Assembly (NCBI GenBank): GCA_023953775.1
Contig: JAMLJD010000002.1
Coordinates: forward strand, 39,245 to 103,244
Source: Rhizobiaceae bacterium
GTDB lineage: Bacteria; Pseudomonadota; Alphaproteobacteria; Rhizobiales; Rhizobiaceae
Direction: 5' to 3'
DNA: 64,000 nucleotides
Each line of letters begins with the position of its first letter. The first letter of the stretch is position 1. Positions 1 through 7,328 of the stretch are shown here, piece after piece. Under the pieces are notes generated by a model, which was given only the letters and a program-made list of their open reading frames with translations, was not told the origin of the DNA and searched no databases. Made by a program: the position numbers and the translations under genes.

Positions 1-268
1 AAGGAAATCCGCACCTCGGCCGCCGATCACGGCGCATCGTCGGTGCGCGGCATCCACGATGGCGACTGGTCCGTTGTCGGCTGGATCACCTCCGGCGGCT
101 ACGCACTATGTGTCGGCAAGTCGATGGCGCAGGGCCATGTGCCAGCCGAACTCGCTGCAAACGAGTAGCTTATGGCCTGTTCGAGATCGAGATCCTCGCA
201 AACGCTGCCCTGCCCGCATCAACGTCGAACCGCCCTTCGATCCGTCGGGCGAGAAAATGTGGGCTTGA
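1..268 (+). pseudogene. 3' end of a GcvT-family gene (aminomethyltransferase or dimethylglycine/sarcosine-dehydrogenase-type folate-binding domain). It is cut by the window edge and frameshifted twice.
   Basis: Frame 1 reads ...DGDWSVVGWITSGGYALCVGKSMAQGHVPAELAANE, then TAG at 166-168. The expected continuation sits in the other two frames: AYGLFEIEIL (from 168) and KRCPARINVEPPFDPSGEKMWA* (stop 266-268). Confidence 0.5.
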
Positions 269-318
269 TCGCGCGGGCGCGCCGGGCCACCCTCCCGGTT
301 CGGCCGGGAGGAAGGGCG

Positions 319-1118
319 ATGAACGACGACACGGCTCCTGCGGTGGATCTGGACGAGGCCGAGGCGGCCGTCGACCTGCCGCCGATCTGCCTGCGCGAGC
401 GCTACGATGCGCTGATGCAGGTGATCCGCAATCGTCACCGTGCGCGCCTTCGACCCGGATTTCCGAGGTGCCGAAGGAGCATTACGAACTCATCTCGAGG
501 CGGTTCGCCACGCGCCATCCGGCGCCAATGCGCAGCCCTGGCACTTCATCTGCGTCAGCGATCCTGTGCCTACGAAGCGAGATTGCCAGCTATTTCGCCG
601 AGGAGCAGCGCCGGCGAGCCAAGCTCAAGATGAAGTTCCCGGACGCCCGACTATCGCGGCCTGGCGACCGCGCCTGGCCTGATCGTCGTGGCGACCGACT
701 TCCGATGGGTGAGCGCCTTTCCGGTGCTGAAGGACGATACATCCGGATTCAACCGATGTATCGCGAGAATGCCGAACGCATCCTCCTGCAATCCGTGGCT
801 GCCGCGACCATGTCGGCGCACCTGCCGCCGGCGCGCTCGGCTACAATGTCTGGTGGGGTGGATGCGACCGCCAGAAGCTGCACAGGACGCGATGAAGCCG
901 ATGCTCGGCATTCCCGACGAGCTCTCCGTGCTCGACATCATGGCGTTCGGCCTGCCGGCCAAGGCGCCCTTACAAGCGCTGGCAAGCCACTCGACGACAT
1001 CACCAACTGGAACGGCGCTTCGGACCCCGCGCACCACATGAGCGACGCAGAACTGGACGACTGGATCCAGAACCAGCGCCACAAGGTGATGTACAAGGAC
1101 GCCTCGAAGATCGACTGA
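319..1118 (+). pseudogene. Nitroreductase-family gene broken by many frameshifts
   Basis: Signature segments are spread over all three frames. They include MNDDTAPAVD...IRNRH, EAVRHAPSGANAQPWHFICVSDP, EIASYFAEEQRRRAKLKMKFPD, VVATDFRWVSAFPVLKDD, MYRENAERILLQSVAAATMSAHL, MKPMLGIPDELSVLDIMAFGLPAK and the C-terminal KPLDDITNWNG...KDASKID*. Confidence 0.6.
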
Positions 1119-1140
1119 CACCCGCCCGACAAAGGACATC

Positions 1141-1899
1141 ATGCCCAACGACAGCCGCCCTGCCCGCCTCGCCGTCCTCATCGACGCTGACAACGCGTCG
1201 CCGAAGATCGCCGACGGCCTGTTCGAGGAGATCGCCAAGCTGGGCGAAGCCAGCGTCCGGCGCATTTACGGGGATTTCTCGAATTCGCGCTCGCGCGGAT
1301 GGGCCGACATTCTCGCCAAATACGCCATCATCCCGCAGCAGCAATTCGCCTATACGACAGGCAAGAACGCCTCCGACATCACCCTGGTGATCGACGCGAT
1401 GGATCTTCTGCACAGTGGCCGGTTCGAAGGCTTCTGCCTGGTCTCCTCAGACAGCGACTTCACGCGGCTTGCCGCGCGCATCCGCGAACAGGGCGTCGAC
1501 GTGTACGGCTTCGGCGAGCAGAAGACGCCGGAGAGCTTCCGCCAAGCATGCAGGCGTTTTGTCTACACCGAGAACCTGCTGCCGAGCGCGCCCGCCAACA
1601 CCGGGCAGACCGCCAAGGCATCGAAGCCGCTGCGCTCGCCCAAGGACGCGATCCCGATCATCGCCAAGGTGATCGAGCAGATGGAAACCGAGGACGGCTG
1701 GGTGCCGCTCGGCGCGGTGGGCACCCAGCTCGCCAACCTTGCCTCGGATTTCGACCCGCGCACCTTCGGGTTCAGGAAACTGAGCGATCTCGTGCGCGAA
1801 ACCGGTGGCTTCGAGATCGACCATCCCGAAGGCGGCTCGGTACGTATCAGGCGAAAAAGGCAGGCGACCCGGGCGCGCCGCGGCGGAACGAAGAAATAG
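1141..1899 (+). CDS. NYN (LabA-like) domain protein with a C-terminal OST-HTH/LOTUS domain
   Basis: The 252-aa ORF contains LAVLIDADNASP...RRIYGDFSN...ASDITLVIDAMDLL...FCLVSSDSDFTRLAARIRE.G..VYGFG, which is the typical NYN core. The C-terminal ~70 aa (IIAKVIEQME...GWVPLGAVGTQL...FGFRKLSDLV) is OST-HTH-like. Confidence 0.85.
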   Translation: MPNDSRPARLAVLIDADNASPKIADGLFEEIAKLGEASVRRIYGDFSNSRSRGWADILAKYAIIPQQQFAYTTGKNASDITLVIDAMDLLHSGRFEGFCLVSSDSDFTRLAARIREQGVDVYGFGEQKTPESFRQACRRFVYTENLLPSAPANTGQTAKASKPLRSPKDAIPIIAKVIEQMETEDGWVPLGAVGTQLANLASDFDPRTFGFRKLSDLVRETGGFEIDHPEGGSVRIRRKRQATRARRGGTKK

Positions 1900-1902
1900 G
1901 TC

Positions 1903-3261
1903 ATGGACAAGGCGGCGTCGGGCAGCTTCGGGCGTCATCGCAAAATCATGCCGTTCGACCCGGAAGCGGCCATGTCCGAGGAGCGTCTGCGCCGCGAGGC
2001 GCGCGAGAAGGCCGCCGCGCTCAACAGCCACGTCCTCGGCTACGGCCCGCTTGCCGAGGCGGAATGGGCCGAGGCGGGCATTTCAGCGCCCGACCTTTCC
2101 ACCATGCGCGCCTACCGTCTCGAGCGCATCCGCGCCGAACTCCGGCGTCGCGACTATGCGGGCGTGCTGCTCTACGATCCCGTCAACATCCGCTATGCGA
2201 CGGACAGCACCAACATGCAGCTTTGGGTGGCGCACAATCCCACGCGTCATTGCTTTGTTGCGACGGAAGGACCGGTGGTCCTGTTCGACTATTTTTCCTG
2301 CGAACACCTGTCCGACCATGCGGGAACCGTCGACGAAGTTCGCCCGGCTGTCTCGTGGATCTATCTCTATGGCGGCGAATTGACCGAGCGGCGCGTCGCG
2401 CGTTGGGCGGACGGCATCGCGGACCTCATGAGGGAGCATGGCGGCGGCAACGGGCGGCTCGCGGTCGATCACCTCGACCATGAAGGCGTCACCGCGCTCG
2501 CCGGACGTGGCGTCACCGTCCACAATGGTGAAGCGGTGATGGAAAACGCCAGGCTGATCAAGTCGCCCGACGAGATCCTCGCCATGCGCCGCGCGATCGT
2601 CGCCTGCGAGGCGGCGATGGGCGAGATGCATACCGCGCTCAGGCCCGGTGTGACGGAGAACGAGCTCTGGTCCGAGCTCCATCGCGGCAACATCGCACGC
2701 GGCGGGGAGTGGATAGAAACGCGCCTGCTGTCCTCGGGACCGCGCACCAATCCGTGGTTCCAGGAATGTTCGTCGCGCACCATCGAGGCCAGCGACCTCG
2801 TCGCCTTCGACACCGACCTGATCGGTCCCTACGGCTTCTGCGCCGACCTGTCGCGCACCTGGCTGTGCGGCGACGGACCCGCGACGAACGAGCAGCGCGA
2901 CCTCTATCGCATCGCCGCCGACCAGATCGCGCACAATTGTGCCCTGCTCCGGCCGGGCATCGGGTTCCGCGATCTCGTGCGCGCGTCGGTCGTGCCTCCC
3001 CCAGACTGCTTTCCGACCCGGTACGGGGTGCTCTATCACGGCGTCGGTTTGGCCGACGAATACCCCACCCTGCCGCACGAGACCGACTGGACCGACGACA
3101 CACCCGACGGCGAGTTGCTGCCGGGCATGGTGGTCTGCGTCGAAAGCTATGTCGGCAGGCTCGGCGGCCGCGAGGGCGTCAAGATCGAGGAACAGGTCCT
3201 CATCGCCCCGAACGGCTCCGAAATGCTGTCCTCCTACCCGCCCGACGACAAGCTCGTGTGA
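1903..3261 (+). CDS. M24-family metallopeptidase-fold enzyme of the DddP (DMSP lyase) subfamily
   Basis: The 452-aa ORF contains YDPVNIRYATDSTNMQLW..HNP, KSPDEILAMRRA, GGEWIETRLLSSGPRTNPWFQECSSR and VAFDTDLIGPYGFCADLSRTW. These blocks closely resemble the conserved blocks of roseobacter DddP as I remember them. The ATG lies 4 nt after the NYN gene stop, and the true start is uncertain. Confidence 0.8.
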   Translation: MDKAASGSFGRHRKIMPFDPEAAMSEERLRREAREKAAALNSHVLGYGPLAEAEWAEAGISAPDLSTMRAYRLERIRAELRRRDYAGVLLYDPVNIRYATDSTNMQLWVAHNPTRHCFVATEGPVVLFDYFSCEHLSDHAGTVDEVRPAVSWIYLYGGELTERRVARWADGIADLMREHGGGNGRLAVDHLDHEGVTALAGRGVTVHNGEAVMENARLIKSPDEILAMRRAIVACEAAMGEMHTALRPGVTENELWSELHRGNIARGGEWIETRLLSSGPRTNPWFQECSSRTIEASDLVAFDTDLIGPYGFCADLSRTWLCGDGPATNEQRDLYRIAADQIAHNCALLRPGIGFRDLVRASVVPPPDCFPTRYGVLYHGVGLADEYPTLPHETDWTDDTPDGELLPGMVVCVESYVGRLGGREGVKIEEQVLIAPNGSEMLSSYPPDDKLV

Positions 3262-3275
3262 GTTTCGGATCGGCG

Positions 3276-4337
3276 CTAGCCGACCTCGACCGAGCGCCGC
3301 ATTTCGGGATGCAGGCTCGAGCCCAATATGTGGTCGGCATTTCCAAGAACCTGCGCCGAGTGTCCGACAATCAGCGGATCGGGTCCGCGCACCAGATGCG
3401 TGTCTTTTCCCGGATAGGGCAGCGTGGCGAGAAAATGCTGCATGGCGTTGAGCCGCGCCCGCTTCTTGTCGTCGGACTTCACCACCGTCCAGGGCGCATC
3501 CGCCGTGTCGGTGTAGAAGAACATCGCTTCCTTCGCCTCGGTGTAGTCGTCCCACTTGTCGATCGAGGCGCGGTCGATCGGCGACAGCTTCCAGCGCTTC
3601 AGGGGATCGTTTTCGCGCGCGAGGAAGCGCCGCTTCTGTTCGTCCCGCGTCACCGAGAACCAGTATTTGTAGAGCCTGATTCCCGAGCGAACCAGCATGC
3701 GTTCGAGCTCGGGCGTCTGGCGCATGAATTCGAGATAGTCGTTGGGCGAACAGAACCCCATCACCCGCTCGACGCCGGCGCGGTTGTACCAGGAGCGGTC
3801 GAACAGCACGATCTCGCCACCGGCAGGCAGATGATTGACGTAGCGCTGGAAGTACCACTGCGTCGCTTCGCGTTCAGATGGCTTCTCCAGGGCGACGACC
3901 CTGGCGCCACGGGGATTGAGATGCTCCATGAAGCGTTTGATCGTTCCACCCTTGCCGGCGGCATCGCGACCCTCGAACAGGACGACTACGCGCTGACCCG
4001 TCTGCTTGACCCATTCCTGTACCTTGAGCAGTTCGACCTGCAACTCCGCCTTGTGCTGCTCGTAGACGGCGGTTCGGATGCGCTGCTTGTAGGGATACTC
4101 TCCGCTTTCGAACGCATGGCGGATCGCTTCAGGATCGTGGCGCATCTCGGCGACACGGTGCTGGCCCGAAGCCTTCTTCTGCTTCGGCCGGGTCGGTTCG
4201 GCGCCATTGGTCCCGGGCAATCCCGACGGGGACTCAAGCTGCGCCTGGTCGATATCGGCACTGTTCGCCGGCGCATCCTTCACGGTTGCATCGACGGCTT
4301 CGGTGGTGACGCGCGACTGCGGGGTGGGCTCGGCCAT
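3276..4337 (-). CDS. ppk2: Polyphosphate kinase 2 (PPK2)
   Basis: The ORF carries VVVLFEGRDAAGKGGTIKRFMEHLNPRGARVVAL.KPSERE..QWYFQRY..HLPAGGEIVLFDRSWYNRAGVERVMGFC, which is the PPK2 Walker-A/lid pattern. Confidence 0.9.
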   Translation of the reverse strand: MAEPTPQSRVTTEAVDATVKDAPANSADIDQAQLESPSGLPGTNGAEPTRPKQKKASGQHRVAEMRHDPEAIRHAFESGEYPYKQRIRTAVYEQHKAELQVELLKVQEWVKQTGQRVVVLFEGRDAAGKGGTIKRFMEHLNPRGARVVALEKPSEREATQWYFQRYVNHLPAGGEIVLFDRSWYNRAGVERVMGFCSPNDYLEFMRQTPELERMLVRSGIRLYKYWFSVTRDEQKRRFLARENDPLKRWKLSPIDRASIDKWDDYTEAKEAMFFYTDTADAPWTVVKSDDKKRARLNAMQHFLATLPYPGKDTHLVRGPDPLIVGHSAQVLGNADHILGSSLHPEMRRSVEVG

Positions 4338-4397
4338 TCGTCCTCTCCTGTTTGCACACAGGATCGGACCGATGGCGGCGCTGCGTGTTGATCGAGG

Positions 4398-5192
4398 TCA
4401 ATCCCGGTCCGTGAGCGCCCGCGCGATGGTCTCGGCCAGATCGCCATGCGCCCGCGACGTGATGTATGGCAGGCCCTTGCGACGCGCGGTCCAGCCGACG
4501 GGCGTCAGTTCGCGCGCCGCCGGCTCGAAGCGCTGCGCCAGGGCCCAGCTCCTGCAATCGATCGCGCAGACATCCGCCCTGCCCTCGGCGACCGCCCGGA
4601 TCGACTGGCGATGGCCGCCGGTCTCGATCCGCTCGCCGAACAGGTCGATGCTCTCGCCCTGCGCCGCCAGATCGCGGGTCAGCGCGATGATCCCGGACAT
4701 CGAATCCGGCCCGTTGAACGCGAACCGCGCACCGCGCATGACATCCACCGGCAACGGGTCACTGAATTGAACCTTTGCTCGCAAACGCGACGATGACCGC
4801 TGCATCAGGATGGCACTGGAATAGAGCTCACTCTCGCCACCCTCGAAGGCGGAATAGTCAGGCTGCCCGACAACGACCACGTGTTCCTGGAGGCCGAATT
4901 CCATCGGACCCCAGCATGTCTGGCCGAAAATAAGCGACGGATGTCGCCACAGCGTGTGCGGATCGAGTTCGTCCGGCGGCAGGCTCTCGGGATCAGGGGC
5001 AATCACGGCGCCTGCCGTATCGCGGATGCCGCCCGGCACTGCCGGCATGTCGGCATTGCGCCGCACCAGCCTTTCGGGCGCCTCAATGCCTGCCGCCGCC
5101 AGCCGCGCCCTGATCGCCGCCCACTGCGTATTGGTCTCGTCCCGCACTTCGGGCCAGTCGTACATGGGCAATGCGGCTATGACTTGGCTCAT
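4398..5192 (-). CDS. PhnD/SsuA-type (phosphonate-binding-like) substrate-binding-fold protein with no recognisable signal peptide
   Basis: The 264-aa ORF begins MSQVIAALPMYDWPEVRDETNTQWAAIRARL, which resembles the PhnD-like periplasmic-binding fold. There is no hydrophobic N-terminus, and no permease or ATPase gene is adjacent. Confidence 0.55.
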   Translation of the reverse strand: MSQVIAALPMYDWPEVRDETNTQWAAIRARLAAAGIEAPERLVRRNADMPAVPGGIRDTAGAVIAPDPESLPPDELDPHTLWRHPSLIFGQTCWGPMEFGLQEHVVVVGQPDYSAFEGGESELYSSAILMQRSSSRLRAKVQFSDPLPVDVMRGARFAFNGPDSMSGIIALTRDLAAQGESIDLFGERIETGGHRQSIRAVAEGRADVCAIDCRSWALAQRFEPAARELTPVGWTARRKGLPYITSRAHGDLAETIARALTDRD

Positions 5193-5237
5193 GCCCCCAT
5201 ACAGCCTTCGCGCGATGCAAACGCAAGCGCGATCGGA

Positions 5238-6251
5238 CTATTCCTTCGGCGGCTCGGCCGGAACGGGCGCCGTTCCCGCATCGAAGACGGTTCGTGCGCG
5301 AAGGCGGGGCCGAAATGCGCGGCCGGGCTCGGCCACCCGCCGCAGCACAGGGTGGACGACAGGTTCCTTGGGTTTGAACGCATAGGAGCGGAACAGGCTG
5401 AAATAGTTGGGGAACGCATAGCCGTCATTCATCGCCAGCCATTCCGCCCGCCTGGCGCGGAAGATCGACGGCAAACGGTACCAGGCGACGGTCGGCAGCT
5501 TGTGGTGCACCAGATGGAGATTGTTGTTGAGAAACAGCAACGACAGCGGCGATCGCTCGACGATGATGGTGCGCCCGTCCGGGCGCTCCGACCACTGATG
5601 CTCGGCGAAGGTGCGGATGGCGATCAGCGACTGGCCGAACCATGCCGGCACGAGCAGATAGAGCCAGAACGGCATGCCGAAGCCCAGAGTAACGACCGCA
5701 ATCACCAGGACGAGCCCGGCTGCATGCAACTCCCACGCACGGCGCACCTCGCGGTCCCCGTCGCGGATCGCCTTGAGGTCTCCGATCACGAAACCGCCGA
5801 CGGAAAGCCACGGGCCGAGGAAGAACCGGCCGACCATTGTGTTGTTGACCTCGAGAAGGAATTTGAGGACCGGCGGCAACGCCCGGTGCTGCCACAGCGC
5901 GCGGTAGTAGCTCTCCGGGTCGTCCAGCGGATCGGTCAGGCGCTCGTCGGCGTGATGGCGCAGGTGAAGCGCCTTGAAACGGCGATAGGGCCAGGCAATT
6001 CCGATCGGCAGGAAGACGAACGCCTCGTTCAGCCGTGCGTTTCGCGTCGGATGACCGTGCAGGACTTCGTGCATCAGCGACGAATGCAATGCCACCGCGA
6101 TCGTCAGCACCACCAGCGAGGCGATCGGGTAATGCGGCCACAGAAGAAACCCGGCCGCGGCCCAGGAGGCATGACATCCAATGATCAGAAAAATCGTCGG
6201 CCATTCGTATCGAGGCGTGCGGCCGCTCAGCCCGTTTCGTGCACCTTCCAT
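5238..6251 (-). CDS. Membrane fatty-acid desaturase / hydroxylase family protein
   Basis: Three histidine boxes are present: HEVLHGH, HLRHHADE and HLVHHKLPTVAWYRLP. The ORF also has multiple hydrophobic spans. Confidence 0.85.
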   Translation of the reverse strand: MEGARNGLSGRTPRYEWPTIFLIIGCHASWAAAGFLLWPHYPIASLVVLTIAVALHSSLMHEVLHGHPTRNARLNEAFVFLPIGIAWPYRRFKALHLRHHADERLTDPLDDPESYYRALWQHRALPPVLKFLLEVNNTMVGRFFLGPWLSVGGFVIGDLKAIRDGDREVRRAWELHAAGLVLVIAVVTLGFGMPFWLYLLVPAWFGQSLIAIRTFAEHQWSERPDGRTIIVERSPLSLLFLNNNLHLVHHKLPTVAWYRLPSIFRARRAEWLAMNDGYAFPNYFSLFRSYAFKPKEPVVHPVLRRVAEPGRAFRPRLRARTVFDAGTAPVPAEPPKE

Positions 6252-6291
6252 GTTGCCCTTTTGACGGTTCTTTCCGGAATCCCCCTGATTC

Positions 6292-6398
6292 CTGACAGTA
6301 CGTTGTCAGTAGCCGGCTTATGGTGCAATGCGACATTGCGCATTAAACGTTGACTTTGCGCACCTGTCGACCCACGTGTTTTGTATTGTAAACAAAAC
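6292..6398. promoter_or_regulatory. Three inverted repeats in the divergent desaturase/XRE intergenic region
   Basis: The repeats are CTGACA-N6-TGTCAG (6292-6309), GCAATG-CGA-CATTGC (6325-6339) and GTTTTGT-N7-ACAAAAC (6378-6398, about 20 nt upstream of the XRE start). Confidence 0.3.
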
Positions 6399-6416
6399 CA
6401 CTGAAAAGCACCGGAT

Positions 6417-7253
6417 ATGGACAAACGCGACCTGTCAGGACTCTTTCGAGAACGGCTCAGGGTCCTGCTTCAGCGCTCGGCAATGCGCCAATCAGCTTTC
6501 GCGCAGTCGGTAGGCATCGACCGCTCCGCCCTGTCGCAACTCCTGTCCGGTCAGACGACACGGCTGCCGCGTGCCGAAACGCTGCTCAACATCGCCGCCA
6601 CGCACAATGTTTCGCTGGATTGGCTTCTGGGTCTGAGTCACGACGAAGGCGTTACAGCGGAACTGCGCGCAAGTCTGGAGATCGCCGAGGCACCCGACGG
6701 CTTCGATCGCAGCCTGTTGGCAAAATGGCACTCCGAGGCGATAGGCACCAAGATCCGCTACGTCCCCTCGGGCATCCCCGACCTGCTGCGGACCGAAGCC
6801 GTCATTGCCTATGAGATCGCGCCCTCGAAACGCGACCGCGCATACGAAATCGACGAGGCGCAGTACCGCATCGACTACAACCGCCGGCCGGAAACCGACA
6901 TGGAAGTCTGCATGCCGTGGCAGACGCTGGAAATGTTCGCGCGCGGCCAGGGCATATGGAGCGGCCTTTCGGTCGAGGCGCGGGCCGAGCAGATGTCCCA
7001 CATGGCCCGCCTTCTCGACGATCTTTATCCGACGTTCCGTCTGTACCTCTACGACGGGCGCGCGCGCTTCTCGATCCCCTATACGATTTTCGGCCCGATC
7101 CGCGCTGCGATCTATGTCGGCGACATCTATCTGGTTCTCAATGCCACGCAGCCCGTTCAAACGCTGACGCGCCATTTCGACGGCCTCATACGCGCCGCCG
7201 CGATCAATGCGCATGAGGTGTCAGGCTTCGCTGCGGGCCTCGTCCCGGCATGA
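6417..7253 (+). CDS. XRE-family HTH transcriptional regulator with a large C-terminal domain
   Basis: The N-terminus is LRVLLQRSAMRQSAFAQSVGIDRSALSQLLSGQTTRLPRAETLLNIAATHNVSLDWLLGLS, a Cro/C1-type HTH. About 200 aa of uncharacterised C-terminal domain follow. Confidence 0.85.
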   Translation: MDKRDLSGLFRERLRVLLQRSAMRQSAFAQSVGIDRSALSQLLSGQTTRLPRAETLLNIAATHNVSLDWLLGLSHDEGVTAELRASLEIAEAPDGFDRSLLAKWHSEAIGTKIRYVPSGIPDLLRTEAVIAYEIAPSKRDRAYEIDEAQYRIDYNRRPETDMEVCMPWQTLEMFARGQGIWSGLSVEARAEQMSHMARLLDDLYPTFRLYLYDGRARFSIPYTIFGPIRAAIYVGDIYLVLNATQPVQTLTRHFDGLIRAAAINAHEVSGFAAGLVPA

Positions 7254-7269
7254 TCGCACCGCGCCGCGA

Positions 7270-7298
7270 TTGACGTTATATAAAGACTTCTTTATATC
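7270..7298 (+). promoter_or_regulatory. Sigma70-like promoter overlapping a palindrome, upstream of the S-methyltransferase gene
   Basis: TTGACG (7270-7275) is followed by a 17-nt spacer and TATATC (7293-7298). The inverted repeat TATATAAAGA-CT-TCTTTATATC (7277-7298, 9/10 match) lies between and over the hexamers. This is the only AT-rich patch in the area. Confidence 0.35.
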
Positions 7299-7328
7299 TT
7301 TATCTTCATTCATTCACGGACGATTTCC

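Noticed and set aside
108-1118. 336-aa ORF spanning the first kilobase
   Set aside because: It is a composite. Only parts of it (EIASYFAEEQ..., MYRENAERILL..., C-terminal ...NWNG...KID*) are sensible. The rest is off-frame read-through of the frameshifted nitroreductase gene and the GcvT gene end.
2083-3858. Very long ORFs antisense to or overlapping confident genes. Examples are 2083-3858(-) 591 aa, 2709-4391(+) 560 aa, 4881-6353(+) 490 aa, 11721-13406(+) 561 aa, 54806-56332(+) 508 aa, 30429-31616(+), 40134-41336(+), 44436-45740(+) and 61051-62256(+).
   Set aside because: Their translations are Arg/Ala/Gly/Pro-rich low-information strings typical of off-frame reading in high-GC DNA. Each overlaps a gene with clear family motifs on the other strand or frame.
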